Source: a bacterium (lineage in GTDB: Bacteria > UBA8248). Taken from it: a stretch of DNA of 64,000 nt. The stretch spans positions 2,848,001 through 2,912,000 of the forward strand of contig CBDBZU010000004.1 of the NCBI GenBank assembly GCA_965213625.1. The letters run 5' to 3'. Shown here one piece after another: positions 9,386 through 22,553 of this stretch. Numbering within the stretch: position 1 is the stretch's first letter; each line of letters starts with the position of its first letter. The position numbers and the translations under genes were made by a program. A model generated the notes under the pieces. That model saw nothing but the letters and a program-made list of their open reading frames with translations. It had not been told where the DNA came from and searched no databases.

Positions 9386-11305
9386 TTGAATCAATTTTAT
9401 AAGAATTTGGCTCTTTGGTTGATTATCGGGCTGATAATGGTTGGCTTATTTCAAGCCTTCAATAGCCCACGATCGACCGACCGAACGGTTGTTTATAGTG
9501 ATTTCCTGCAAGCAGTTGCAGATGGACAGGTGAGCGAAGTGGTTGTCCAGGGAGACAACATTCGAGGTCGCTACCTTAGTGGAAGGTCTTTCCATACCCA
9601 CGCTCCCAAGGACCCGAAATTAATAGATACCCTGAGGGCCAAAGGCGTACGCATTACGGCGCAGCCCGTAGAACAAAACTCCTGGTATATGAATATGTTG
9701 TTGAGTTGGCTGCCTATGCTGGTGATGCTGGGTGTTTGGATATTCTTCATGCGCCAGATGCAAATGGGTGGTTCAAAGGCTCTATCGTTCGGGAAAAGCA
9801 AAGCGCGTATGATGCCGGAGTCTGCGAAGAAAAAAATTACGTTTGCGGATGTGGCCGGCATCGAGGAAGCCAAGGAAGAACTCGAAGAACTCGTTGATTT
9901 CCTCCGTGACCCGCAAAAGTTCACACGCCTGGGTGCACGTATCCCCAAGGGTGTTCTCATGGTAGGTCCCCCGGGCACGGGGAAAACTTTGCTGGCGCGG
10001 GCCATCGCGGGCGAAGCGGATGTTCCGTTTTTCTCGATAAGCGGCTCGAGTTTTGTAGAAATGTTTGTAGGTGTCGGAGCGTCGAGGGTTCGAGATTTGT
10101 TCGAACAGGGCAAAGCAAATGCTCCTTGTATTATTTTTATCGATGAGATTGACGCCGTCGGGCGGCACAGAGGTGCTGGTCTTGGAGGCGGTCACGATGA
10201 ACGTGAGCAAACGCTCAATCAACTTCTCGTCGAAATGGATGGTTTCGAATCGAACGATGGTGTCATCCTGATGGCTGCGACGAACCGGCCGGACGTGTTG
10301 GATCCGGCTCTTCTTAGACCAGGCCGCTTTGACCGCCAGATTGTCGTTTCCTTGCCCGATATCAAAGGGCGTTTGGCCATTTTGAAGGTGCATGCCGAAA
10401 AAGTGCCGCTTGCTGAATCCGTCGAATTAAATCTCATCGCGCGTGGAACTCCGCGATTCGCGGGTGCTGATCTGGCGAACCTCTTGAATGAATCCGCACT
10501 TCTCGCGGCGCGCCGGGGCAAGCAGTCCGTTGAAAATGAAGACCTGATGGAAGCGAAGGATAAAGTCTTGATGGGCAAGGAGCGGCGTAGTATGGCGCTC
10601 AGTGAAAAAGAGAAAAAGAACACGGCCTACCATGAGGCTGGGCACGCCCTTGTTGCATTACTGATACCCGGGACGGACCCCGTCGAGAAGGTGACGATCA
10701 TTCCAAGAGGTTTTTCACTGGGGAGTACGTGGTCTTCGCCTCTCGAGGACCGCTATAGCAACGATAAAACATTTTTGACGAACCAGCTTGCTTGCCTGAT
10801 GGGCGGGCGTGCAGCGGAGATGTTGGTCTTTGACGAATTAACGACAGGAGCGAAAGCCGACATTCAGACATCGACCGATTTGGCGAGAAGCATGGTATGC
10901 GAGTGGGGAATGAGCGAAAAACTCGGTCCACTGTCGTATGGGAAAAAACATGAGCAAATCTTCTTGGGCCGTGAAATTTCCCAGCACAGGGATTATAGCG
11001 ACCAAGTGGCTCTGGAAATTGATAACGAAGTGAAAAATATGGTTTCCTCGAGCTATGAGAGAGCATATAAGTTGCTTGAAGAAAATCGGGATAAGCTCAA
11101 TTTACTAGCCAATGCGCTACTTGAATACGAAACCATCGATCTCAAAGACATCGAATCTTTGATGGAAACCGGGGAGATTTCCAGGAGTCGCAAGAGAAAA
11201 GACGAGGTAGGCGAAGGAAACACTCCTGTCGCTCCGAAACCGGAGGAAAAACCTCGCGAAGACCCCCAATCGTCGCCGACTGATTTGGCGCCCGGCCAAG
11301 CCTAG
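9386..11305 (+). CDS. ftsH: ATP-dependent zinc metalloprotease FtsH
   Basis: Two TM helices, [17 protein letters not shown]. Confidence 0.98.
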   Translation: MNQFYKNLALWLIIGLIMVGLFQAFNSPRSTDRTVVYSDFLQAVADGQVSEVVVQGDNIRGRYLSGRSFHTHAPKDPKLIDTLRAKGVRITAQPVEQNSWYMNMLLSWLPMLVMLGVWIFFMRQMQMGGSKALSFGKSKARMMPESAKKKITFADVAGIEEAKEELEELVDFLRDPQKFTRLGARIPKGVLMVGPPGTGKTLLARAIAGEADVPFFSISGSSFVEMFVGVGASRVRDLFEQGKANAPCIIFIDEIDAVGRHRGAGLGGGHDEREQTLNQLLVEMDGFESNDGVILMAATNRPDVLDPALLRPGRFDRQIVVSLPDIKGRLAILKVHAEKVPLAESVELNLIARGTPRFAGADLANLLNESALLAARRGKQSVENEDLMEAKDKVLMGKERRSMALSEKEKKNTAYHEAGHALVALLIPGTDPVEKVTIIPRGFSLGSTWSSPLEDRYSNDKTFLTNQLACLMGGRAAEMLVFDELTTGAKADIQTSTDLARSMVCEWGMSEKLGPLSYGKKHEQIFLGREISQHRDYSDQVALEIDNEVKNMVSSSYERAYKLLEENRDKLNLLANALLEYETIDLKDIESLMETGEISRSRKRKDEVGEGNTPVAPKPEEKPREDPQSSPTDLAPGQA

Positions 11306-11417
11306 TTTCTCACTATATTTCGATTTATGATGCAGATGTAAGCACCTCCGGAGCCAGTCGCTTTGGAGGTGACCGTCCAAATTGCATCGTGTTGGATTCG
11401 TAGATTTGAGGTGAAAG

Positions 11418-12146
11418 ATGGCTAAGCTTTGTGTGAATGTGGACCACGTTGCCACCATACGCGAGGCGCGTAAGACGAATGAACCGGATCCCGTAGCTGC
11501 TGCGCTTATCGCCGAACGTGCGGGTGCGATAGGCATCACCATTCACTTACGTGAAGATAGAAGACATATCCAGGACAGGGATTTGAAACTGATGCGCCAA
11601 GTGGTTCGGGGCAAGCTCAACCTGGAGATGGCTCCTGTATTCGAGATGCAGAGCATCGCACTTGATGTGAAACCGGAGCAGGTTACCCTGGTTCCGGAGC
11701 GACGTGAGGAGATAACTACCGAGGGCGGCTTGGACGTGTCGGGCAACATCGAACATATAGTCGACCTGATGAAACCACTGAGAGAAGAGGGGATTCTCTT
11801 CAGTCTTTTTATAGATCCTCATTCTGAGCAGATAGAAGCCGCCAAGGAGTTAGACGCAGATTTCGTGGAACTGAACACGGCGGCATATTCTGAAGCCAAA
11901 GGGCATGTTTCCCAGCAAAAGGAGTTGACCTCACTCCGGGATGCCGCCCTGCAGGCTAACGACCTCGGCATAGGCGTACATGCGGGCCACGGCCTCACAT
12001 ATCTAAACGTAGAAGCAGTAGCCTCTCTTCCTCATCTGCAGGAACTGAACATTGGACACAGCATTGTCTCCCATTCAGTTTTTGTCGGCTTTAAGAGGGC
12101 CGTGCGTGAAATGTCGGATATCATCGAACGAGTGAGCATCGCCTAA
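11418..12146 (+). CDS. pdxJ: pyridoxine 5'-phosphate synthase
   Basis: [41 protein letters not shown]. Confidence 0.97.
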   Translation: MAKLCVNVDHVATIREARKTNEPDPVAAALIAERAGAIGITIHLREDRRHIQDRDLKLMRQVVRGKLNLEMAPVFEMQSIALDVKPEQVTLVPERREEITTEGGLDVSGNIEHIVDLMKPLREEGILFSLFIDPHSEQIEAAKELDADFVELNTAAYSEAKGHVSQQKELTSLRDAALQANDLGIGVHAGHGLTYLNVEAVASLPHLQELNIGHSIVSHSVFVGFKRAVREMSDIIERVSIA

Positions 12147-12148
12147 GC

Positions 12149-13723
12149 ATGCCGATTCCTGTTGTTACAGCCCAGGAAATGTCGAATATCGATAACCGGG
12201 CGATTCAAGAATACGGCATTCCCTCGGCATGCTTGATGGAAACGGCAGGAGTGAAATCTGCTCAAGTAATCTGGGAGAAATATGGCAGAGCCGGGCTCCG
12301 TGTTCTGATTGTTTGCGGGAAAGGGAACAACGGTGGGGATGGTTTCGTCATCGCCAGACATTTGTTAAATGCCGGAGCCAGTGTTGATGTGGCGGTCTTG
12401 TTTTCTTTGAAAGAAGCAAAAGGCGACTCTGCCGTTTTTTTGACGTCGCTTGATAAGATGAAAATACCCATTCTGGAAGTGCAGGAGGAAGACACCTCAC
12501 TCTTTGAGGTGATGTCGAAAAATGCAGACCTGGTCGTAGACGCCATTTTGGGAACCGGATTCCGGCCACCTGCCAAGGGCCTTCCGGAAGTGGCGATCCA
12601 GATCCTATCCGCAAGTGAATCTCCGATAGTCGCTATCGATATGCCATCCGGGCTCGATGCCACTACAGGCAAGGCTGAACTCCCATATATCGATGTGGAA
12701 GTCACCTTGGCGTTGGGCGGGCTTAAACGGGGTCATCTTCTGATGCCGGCCGCTGAGCATGTGGGTGAGGTCATTTCGCTTGACATCGGTATTCCGCAAA
12801 GATGTTTCAAAGATGAAGGCGTTTCGCTTCAAGTAACAGAACTCTCCGATGTTGCCGAAAATTTACCTGCAAGGCGCCTGGATGCGCACAAGGGAGATGC
12901 CGGCCACCTATTGTTAATTGCAGGCGCGCCCGGTATGTCGGGAGCCGCCTTAATGACGGCTATGGCGGCCCTTCGCTCAGGCGCCGGTCGGGTGACGCTT
13001 GCTGTGCCGGAAAGTATTTCTCCTTTGGTGGAGAGCAAGTATCCTGAAGTCATGACGTTTTCTTTACCGGCCACGGATTCGGGAACTGTCGACGCATCGG
13101 CATTTGATTCTATCGTCGAGCGCTCAGAAGACATGAATGCACTGGTCGTAGGTCCTGGGTTAATGACAAACCCGAGAACAATCGAACTTGTTCACCTCCT
13201 CATTCAACATATCGATGGTCCCATCGTCCTTGATGCCGATGGCTTGAATGCACTTGCGCAGGATTTGACTATCCTGGATGGTAGACTCGCTCAACTACTC
13301 CTCACGCCTCATCCGGGCGAAATGGCAAGGTTGCTTGGAATCTCGACGAGAGAGGTGCAAGAAGCTCGCATTGCGCACGCTAGCTCGTTTGCCGGACAAC
13401 ACCACCTTGATATCGCCTTAAAGGGTTGGGGAACAATCGTCGCCACATCAGATGAAGAAACCTGGTACAACCCCACAGGAAATTCGAGTATGGCCACCGC
13501 AGGCAGTGGAGATGTTTTGGCGGGTGTTATTGGCGGCTTCCTTGCCCAAGGGCTTTCCCGTAAGTGGGCTTTGATATGCGGGGTATATTTGCATGGCTTG
13601 TCTGGCGAATTGGCATCCTTGGAAGTGGGTGGGATAGGAGTCACGGCAACCGATATTTTACAAACCCTTCCCAAGGCGAGAAGGAAAGTCTTCATGGAAG
13701 CAGGAGATACCAAAACTGCTTGA
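12149..13723 (+). CDS. nnr: bifunctional NAD(P)H-hydrate epimerase/dehydratase
   Basis: GKGNNGGDG, DAILGTG, DMPSG, HKG, DADGL, TPHPGE, ATAGSGDVL. Confidence 0.95.
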   Translation: MPIPVVTAQEMSNIDNRAIQEYGIPSACLMETAGVKSAQVIWEKYGRAGLRVLIVCGKGNNGGDGFVIARHLLNAGASVDVAVLFSLKEAKGDSAVFLTSLDKMKIPILEVQEEDTSLFEVMSKNADLVVDAILGTGFRPPAKGLPEVAIQILSASESPIVAIDMPSGLDATTGKAELPYIDVEVTLALGGLKRGHLLMPAAEHVGEVISLDIGIPQRCFKDEGVSLQVTELSDVAENLPARRLDAHKGDAGHLLLIAGAPGMSGAALMTAMAALRSGAGRVTLAVPESISPLVESKYPEVMTFSLPATDSGTVDASAFDSIVERSEDMNALVVGPGLMTNPRTIELVHLLIQHIDGPIVLDADGLNALAQDLTILDGRLAQLLLTPHPGEMARLLGISTREVQEARIAHASSFAGQHHLDIALKGWGTIVATSDEETWYNPTGNSSMATAGSGDVLAGVIGGFLAQGLSRKWALICGVYLHGLSGELASLEVGGIGVTATDILQTLPKARRKVFMEAGDTKTA

Positions 13724-14150
13724 ATTCCCTTTTGAGATACGAAGTGATTCGGTAGAGCAAACAGCCGAGTTAGGTGCTCGATTAGCGAAAGTATCGAGAC
13801 CCGGCGAGGTCATTTTACTCGATGGTGACTTAGGCGCAGGAAAAACCGTATTCGCAAAAGGTTTTATCGAATCAATGCCGGGGGGAGAAAGACAAACTGT
13901 CCGAAGCCCCACATTTGTCTATATTCACCATTATCCAACCTTGCCACCCGCCCACCACATCGATCTGTATCGTCTTCCCAGGAATTCAGACCTCACGGAA
14001 ATGGGTTTAATGGATCATATAGGTGAAAGAGATTTTGTGTTAATCGAGTGGCCGAACCATGTGGAGAAATGGCGGTTCTCCGTATCGACGCACGTCAAAT
14101 TTGAGATTTTGGGAGACCGCAGTCGACACCTATACTTTGCCCGGCCATGA
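13716..14150 (+). CDS. tsaE: t6A biosynthesis ATPase TsaE (start codon non-canonical or frameshifted)
   Basis: The open frame upstream of the track ORF encodes LDGDLGAGKT; VRSPTF, HIDLYRL and IEWP follow; no ATG/GTG/TTG in frame before 13875. Confidence 0.9.
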   Translation: MLEFPFEIRSDSVEQTAELGARLAKVSRPGEVILLDGDLGAGKTVFAKGFIESMPGGERQTVRSPTFVYIHHYPTLPPAHHIDLYRLPRNSDLTEMGLMDHIGERDFVLIEWPNHVEKWRFSVSTHVKFEILGDRSRHLYFARP

Positions 14151-14335
14151 AATATTTCTTCTTTACAATGAAAGTAAAGGGTGGCACTCTTACAGGGCAT
14201 TGTTTTTGCTTATGTTCTTTTGTGTAACATATGTAACTTGCACGAAAAATTCCATGGTTCTGGAGGGATAAGTTACTTATCTTAGAGATCGCCTGTATAG
14301 ACGTTGAATACCGCCTGTGTTTCAGAAGGTTTGAG

Positions 14336-14947
14336 ATGCTATTCCGAAAAACGCTGAGAGCGGTGTTGCTGGGCTTTCTATTCGCGATAGGCGGTACTAT
14401 TGCCTATTTCATCTTGGGCTCTTCAAATAATCAACTCAATTTAGGAGAAATTTCACTCACGGCCTCGGATGCGGATCTTAATATAGATAAGGTGCATGTT
14501 GTTCAAAACACAAAAGGTGTTAGAGAATGGGAGTTGTGGGCTGACTCTGCCAAGGTATATCGCCAAAAAGGCATGACAAAACTTAAGAACCTGAAGCTTC
14601 GTTTTTATCCGAAAGAAGGTGAGCCCGCGCATGTGACCGCGCAAGAAGGAACCATGCAGAATGAAAGTCAAAACATCAGAATCAGTGGAGATGTTACTAT
14701 CTTGGCATCTAATGGCGTTTTGATGAAAACAGACTCTTTGTATTTTCGCTCGAAAGAGAAACGCATTGATTCTGATTCGCGGGTTTTGATGGAAGGGGCA
14801 GGATTTCGTTTAGTCGGTACCGGCCTACAAGGGCAAACCGATATTGGGAAGTATGAATTGAAAGAGAAAGTGAGCGCGACGATATACGCTAGGAGCGAAG
14901 GATTTTTCAAGGAGGGAAGAGAGGAGAAGATTATTCGTGCCAATTAA
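14336..14947 (+). CDS. lptC: LPS export ABC transporter periplasmic protein LptC
   Basis: N-terminal TM, WELWADSA, beta-jellyroll pattern; upstream of lptA/lptB. Confidence 0.85.
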   Translation: MLFRKTLRAVLLGFLFAIGGTIAYFILGSSNNQLNLGEISLTASDADLNIDKVHVVQNTKGVREWELWADSAKVYRQKGMTKLKNLKLRFYPKEGEPAHVTAQEGTMQNESQNIRISGDVTILASNGVLMKTDSLYFRSKEKRIDSDSRVLMEGAGFRLVGTGLQGQTDIGKYELKEKVSATIYARSEGFFKEGREEKIIRAN

Positions 14948-14982
14948 GGGAGCATGCGGCAGTTCCCGATTGGAGGGCAGTT

Positions 14983-15576
14983 TTGAGATCGAAAACCTAC
15001 CGCCTAATGCGTTTTACGCTATTTTGCTTGGGGTTGTATTTAGTTATTTGGGGATGGAATGGCGCTTCTTCATTTGCCCAGGAAAGCAACAAAAAAAGTC
15101 AATTAAATCGCAAGGCTCAGATCCACATCATTTCCGATAAGATGGAAGTGAGCAGCCGAAAGAACCTCATCGTGTTCATCGGGAATGTAGAGGCGAACCA
15201 GGGGAATATTAACCTGAAAGCAGATCGCCTCGAAGTGTACACCCTGGAAACCAATCAAAAGAGATTGAAGCGTCGCCCGGCCCCTAAGGACAGGGCCGGG
15301 GATATCGATAGAATCGTGGCCATCGGAAATGTGAAGATGGGCCAAGCGAAAAAAAGGTTCGCTACTGCCGCCCGGCTGGAGTATCGTGAATCCACCGGCA
15401 TCGCTATTTTGACGGGCGGACCACGCGTATGGGAAGGCAAAAATCGGTTAGTCGGCGCCAAAATAGAATTGAATTTGAAAGAAGATAAAACAATAGTTCA
15501 TGGCTCGCCTCGTCGGAGAGTCAGCGTCACCCTTTTTCCATCAAGCGAGAACCCCCCCCGCAAAAAATCGAATTAA
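14983..15576 (+). CDS. lptA: LPS transport periplasmic protein LptA
   Basis: [37 protein letters not shown] (OstA-like). Confidence 0.87.
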   Translation: MRSKTYRLMRFTLFCLGLYLVIWGWNGASSFAQESNKKSQLNRKAQIHIISDKMEVSSRKNLIVFIGNVEANQGNINLKADRLEVYTLETNQKRLKRRPAPKDRAGDIDRIVAIGNVKMGQAKKRFATAARLEYRESTGIAILTGGPRVWEGKNRLVGAKIELNLKEDKTIVHGSPRRRVSVTLFPSSENPPRKKSN

Positions 15577-15580
15577 ACAT

Positions 15581-16345
15581 ATGTCTACGCGATCGAGTGG
15601 TAATGTGATAGGACGGGCAAGTACTGTTTCTATCCAAGCCACTGGGTTATCAAAAAGTTATTCCGGCCGTAAGGTTGTTTCCGGCGTGAAACTTGAAGTA
15701 CATCCCGGTGAAGTTGTTGGTTTGCTTGGTCCAAACGGAGCAGGCAAGACCACGATATTTTATATGATTGTCGGGTTGATCGCTCCAGATGCGGGAAGAA
15801 TTTTTTTGAATGGGAGTGAAATCACCGATCAGCCCATGTACATGCGCGCCAAACAGGGAATCAGCTATCTGCCTCAGGAGGCGTCTGTGTTTCGTCGCCT
15901 CTCGGTAAGACAAAACATCATGGCGGTGCTTGAATTGGTATTGCGTGATCCAGGCGAGCGCGAAAGACGATTGAACGAGATATTAGACGATTTGGATATG
16001 CAGCATATACATTCCGTGAAGGGATATGCCCTCTCCGGCGGTGAACGTAGACGCGTTGAAATTGCTCGGGCATTGGCCACAAACCCCACTTTTATGCTTC
16101 TTGATGAGCCTTTCGCAGGTATCGACCCCATCGTGGTTCACGAGATTCAAAACATTGTAACGGACTTGAAGTCTCGTGGAATTGGAGTCGTTATTACGGA
16201 CCATAACGTACGTGAGGCTCTTCAGATATCCGACAGGGCATATATTATCAGTGAAGGGCGGATATTGGAGTCCGGCCTCCCGGAGGAAATCGCTGAGAGC
16301 GAGAAAGCCCGGGATGTTTATCTAGGCGAAAAATTTCGTCTTTGA
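15581..16345 (+). CDS. lptB: LPS export ABC transporter ATP-binding protein
   Basis: [44 protein letters not shown]. Confidence 0.97.
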   Translation: MSTRSSGNVIGRASTVSIQATGLSKSYSGRKVVSGVKLEVHPGEVVGLLGPNGAGKTTIFYMIVGLIAPDAGRIFLNGSEITDQPMYMRAKQGISYLPQEASVFRRLSVRQNIMAVLELVLRDPGERERRLNEILDDLDMQHIHSVKGYALSGGERRRVEIARALATNPTFMLLDEPFAGIDPIVVHEIQNIVTDLKSRGIGVVITDHNVREALQISDRAYIISEGRILESGLPEEIAESEKARDVYLGEKFRL

Positions 16346-16362
16346 GGGTAAAGGGAATCAAT

Positions 16363-17805
16363 ATGGCTTTGCAGCACAAGCTGACGATGAGAGCAGAGCA
16401 GCGCCTCGTCATGACTGCCATGATGCGGCAGGCGATTGGCCTTCTGCCCCTGAACCGCCTGGAAATGCAACAAGCCGTTCAACAGGAAATGTTGAACAAT
16501 CCCTTGCTGGAAGAGATTCACGAAGAAGGAAAAGAAGTGGCAGATGGAGAGATGCCGGAATTAAGGGACGATGTTCCCGAGAATCAAAATGATGAAAGAG
16601 GTGAGGTGGAGATCGATTGGGATAATCTCGTTCACGACAATTTTGATGATTTATCTCCTGCAACCATTGCCGATGATTTCCCATCTTATGAACAGACCTT
16701 GGCGCGGCCCGATACGCTGCATGAACACCTGGAACGGCAGTTAAATCTTTCCGTTGTTCCGCAGCCGATAGCAAGGGTTGCCGAACAAATTATTTGGAAT
16801 TTGAATGAAGAGGGTTATCTTCAAATAGATGTCGAAGAACTAGCGGCCGGCCTTGGTCTCGGGCCTATCGAGGCTAATGAGGCATTGGCTTTGGTGCAAG
16901 GGTTCAATCCACCTGGAATTGCTTCGAGGTCACTTCAAGAATGTCTTGTTATACAATTGAATAACAACGATATACCTGAAAATGGAAATAGCCGATTCTT
17001 GGATTTGGCCCGCTCGTTGCTTCTTGAAGATATTGACAAGATCGGTGAACGTCAATATCAGAAACTCGCCAAAACCAACGACGTGGATGTGAAAGATATC
17101 GCTCAGGCAATAGACATCATTCGAAGTCTCGATCCTCACCCGGGGTTGCGATTTTCCGATCAAAGAGTAGAGGTAGTGATTCCAGACGTGAGTGTCACGA
17201 AAAGAGGGGATGACTATGAGGTAACGCTCAATGATGATGGCTTGCCACGCCTGCGGGTGAACGCCCGGTATGCGGCCATGGCGGCCGACAAGGCGGGAAC
17301 GACCCCTGATACGCGGAAGTATTTAGAGGATAAATTAAGGGCTGCTACATGGTTCGTCAAAAGCATAGAGCAAAGAAGACAGACGATACTGAAAGTTTGC
17401 CGAAGCATTGCGGGTTTCCAAAAAGATTTTCTGGACCATGGCGTGAGTTGCTTGAAGCCCCTGATTTTAAGGGATGTGGCGCAAGAAATCGAAATGCACG
17501 AATCGACCGTAAGCCGTATTACAACAGGCAAGTATATGGAAACACCGCAAGGTGTTCTGAGCTTGAAGTATTTTTTCCACAGCGGCTTGGAATTGAGTAC
17601 AGGAGAAAACGCCTCTTCGGTGGCCGTAAAGGAAATTATCAAGAAATTAGTGGCGCAGGAAGACCCTGAGAAGCCGCTCACCGACCAGCAAATTGCGGAT
17701 AGACTCAAGCATGACAACGTGGCGATAGCGAGGAGAACGGTGACGAAGTATCGCAAAGAACTCCGAATCTCTCCCACCAGCAAAAGACGTAATATGCGCC
17801 AATAA
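16363..17805 (+). CDS. rpoN: RNA polymerase sigma-54 factor
   Basis: NPLLE, HESTVSR, RpoN box ARRTVTKYR. Confidence 0.97.
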   Translation: MALQHKLTMRAEQRLVMTAMMRQAIGLLPLNRLEMQQAVQQEMLNNPLLEEIHEEGKEVADGEMPELRDDVPENQNDERGEVEIDWDNLVHDNFDDLSPATIADDFPSYEQTLARPDTLHEHLERQLNLSVVPQPIARVAEQIIWNLNEEGYLQIDVEELAAGLGLGPIEANEALALVQGFNPPGIASRSLQECLVIQLNNNDIPENGNSRFLDLARSLLLEDIDKIGERQYQKLAKTNDVDVKDIAQAIDIIRSLDPHPGLRFSDQRVEVVIPDVSVTKRGDDYEVTLNDDGLPRLRVNARYAAMAADKAGTTPDTRKYLEDKLRAATWFVKSIEQRRQTILKVCRSIAGFQKDFLDHGVSCLKPLILRDVAQEIEMHESTVSRITTGKYMETPQGVLSLKYFFHSGLELSTGENASSVAVKEIIKKLVAQEDPEKPLTDQQIADRLKHDNVAIARRTVTKYRKELRISPTSKRRNMRQ

Positions 17806-18059
17806 CATCCAGGTGCGTTTCACGCATGGACTTAAATTTCACACCTTTGCGCTCCTTTGTTGGCAACGGCTACTCACGAAGCAGCCTGGATTTGTAGTTT
17901 ATCTGGAAAAAAACAAAATTTTTGTTATTATCCAAATAAGCGGACGTTCTATTTTCCTGTGTGAAGTCTGGCGCCTCAATGTTTTCTTATCGGATTTTCA
18001 TTTGGTTTCCCCAGAATGGAAATTGTGTGAATTGGGTGTAACGAGCATCGAGGAACATA

Positions 18060-18998
18060 ATGAGCAAGCTCTCAGTATCTCAATTATTTGAAGATCTGCG
18101 AGAAGAGTTGAAGTTATCTGTAATTTCTGGCGAATCCGGTATGAATCGCCTAGTGAATCATACGCATTTTCAGAAAAATGGTTTGCCTCTAGCCGGATTC
18201 TTGAAAGCCGTACATCCCGACAGGATTCAGGTATGGGGCAGCACGGAGGTTCGTTTCCTGGATGACCTCGAGGAGGAGAAACGGCTCGAGGCGGTACGTA
18301 AATATTTTCGCCTGCCCCTGTGCGCGGTGTTGGTTACGGGAGGGAAAGATATCTTCCCAAGCATACGAGAAGCATCTGACAGATTCAGCGTACCGATTAT
18401 CGTCTCTGGGCTTCATGGCAAAGATTTGATGCCGAAATTATCGGGATATCTCGAGGAACACCTGTCCCTCCATGCACGGCTTCATGGCGTCCTTGTTGAT
18501 TTGTACGGTGTGGGAGTGCTCATCCAAGGGAAAAGCGGTATCGGGAAAAGCGAGTGTGCTCTCCATCTCGTCACACGAGGGCACAGGCTCGTAGCTGACG
18601 ACGTAGTGGATATCCAATTACGCGGGAATGAACTGGTCGGGAAAAGCACCGAGTTGCTCAAGCACCACATCGAGGTAAGGGGGCTTGGGATACTGAATTT
18701 GAAAGACCTCTTTGGCGTCGTGGCGATTCGGTACGAAAAAAACGTGGAGATGATCGTGGAGCTGATTCCATTGACCCCGGATTTGCCTTTCGAGCGTCTC
18801 GGGATCGACCTCGAGACCCAAAATATTTTGGGTAAATTTCTGCCGCACGTTAAAATACCTGTTGCTCCTGGGAGGAATATTCCCACACTCATTGAGGTTG
18901 CGGCCAGGAACCTGTTGTTGCAAAGAATGGGTTATTTCTCTGCAGAGGAATTCAGTCGTACGCTCTCCGCCCAGATCGCGCTCGGGACAACCAGTTAG
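18060..18998 (+). CDS. hprK: HPr kinase/phosphorylase
   Basis: LHGVLVD, GKSGIGKSE, LVADD, IEVRGLGI, PGRN. Confidence 0.96.
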   Translation: MSKLSVSQLFEDLREELKLSVISGESGMNRLVNHTHFQKNGLPLAGFLKAVHPDRIQVWGSTEVRFLDDLEEEKRLEAVRKYFRLPLCAVLVTGGKDIFPSIREASDRFSVPIIVSGLHGKDLMPKLSGYLEEHLSLHARLHGVLVDLYGVGVLIQGKSGIGKSECALHLVTRGHRLVADDVVDIQLRGNELVGKSTELLKHHIEVRGLGILNLKDLFGVVAIRYEKNVEMIVELIPLTPDLPFERLGIDLETQNILGKFLPHVKIPVAPGRNIPTLIEVAARNLLLQRMGYFSAEEFSRTLSAQIALGTTS

Positions 18999-19024
18999 CC
19001 CGGAGAAATGAAAAGAGGTTTCGC

Positions 19025-19447
19025 ATGATTGGCTTGGTAATCGTCGGCCATGGAGACTATCCTGATGCGCTGTTGCATGCGGCCGAGTCCGTTCTGTCAG
19101 GGACAACGCAAACGAAGGCGCTCTCCCTTCGGCCGGACGCCGACCCCGCCGGATTTACCGATAAAATTGAGAAAACGGTGATGGAAGTAGATTCGGGTGA
19201 GGGTGTGATTATTATGACGGATATGATGGGTGGCGCACCTACGAATGCGGCACTCGCAATGCTGAACCATCCCGGTGTAGAGGTTGTGACGGGAGTCAAT
19301 TTGCCGATGCTTTTGAAGTTGTCGTTCATCAAGGGAATGAGCGTATCCGATGCAGCGCGTTTTCTGGTGGAATATGGGAGGCGGAACTTGGCTCAACCGA
19401 GTGAAATGATCAATTCCGTAAAACAACGCCCGGCCAGGGAGGGATAA
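19025..19447 (+). CDS. PTS mannose/fructose-type IIA component
   Basis: IVGHG phospho-His, TDMMGGAP, TGVNLPML. Confidence 0.9.
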   Translation: MIGLVIVGHGDYPDALLHAAESVLSGTTQTKALSLRPDADPAGFTDKIEKTVMEVDSGEGVIIMTDMMGGAPTNAALAMLNHPGVEVVTGVNLPMLLKLSFIKGMSVSDAARFLVEYGRRNLAQPSEMINSVKQRPAREG

Positions 19448-19455
19448 TCTCCATC

Positions 19456-19725
19456 ATGGCGGAGCAAAGAGTCATCATCAGCAATCAAATGGGGCTTCAC
19501 GCCAGGGCAGCTGCCAAGTTCGTGAGGTTATCGAGTAAATTCGAGTGCGAAATTCTGGTTCAATTCCACGATATGGAAGTAGACGGGAAGAGCATCATGG
19601 GTGTCATGATGCTTGCGGCAACCCCTGGCTCGGAACTCCAGATCAGCGCTCGTGGTCCAGATGAAGAAAAGGCAGTAAAAGAATTGACGGACTTGGTTCG
19701 AAACGGCTTTGGAGAAATGGCGTAA
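19456..19725 (+). CDS. ptsH: phosphocarrier protein HPr
   Basis: GLHARAA (His15), DGKSIMG (Ser46). Confidence 0.96.
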   Translation: MAEQRVIISNQMGLHARAAAKFVRLSSKFECEILVQFHDMEVDGKSIMGVMMLAATPGSELQISARGPDEEKAVKELTDLVRNGFGEMA

Positions 19726-19807
19726 GGTTTCAAGGTATCGTGTTTGAGATTGGAAGCACAAATATTCATGTATTTTCTACAAGGTTTAATTTATTATACT
19801 GATAAAT

Positions 19808-19828
19808 AAATTGTTAACGAAACAATTT
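19808..19828. promoter_or_regulatory. candidate transcription-factor operator upstream of metK
   Basis: AAATTGTT-N5-AACAATTT perfect 8-bp inverted repeat in an AT-rich spacer. Confidence 0.3.
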
Positions 19829-20021
19829 TCACGATATTATCTGTCTTACCGCCCCCTGGATGGAAACTTGTTCATCATTCGTTTTAAGAAAAAACAACAT
19901 TTTTCCCGCGCGCTTCCGTCTATTTTCAAGAAGTGATAAAAGACGCCGGAAAACGCATCTAGCCTAGCGAGGCGTTCTGTTTGAATTGATGACGACCTCC
20001 AATTCCTGTGGGAGATAGTAG

Positions 20022-22509
<2,488 letters not shown>

Positions 22510-22553
22510 AATTCTCCGCTCCTGATACGCCGCCCGCCACGGGAGAGATTTCT

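Noticed and set aside
17813-18091. 92-aa ORF between rpoN and hprK as hpf or ptsN
   Set aside because: No HPF or PtsN motifs and no RBS; looks like promoter-containing spacer DNA
19726-20021. SAM/SAH riboswitch before metK (or before either metY)
   Set aside because: No SAM-I, SAM-II or SAH consensus recognisable by eye; GAGGAGCGC before metY copy 2 is simply the RBS
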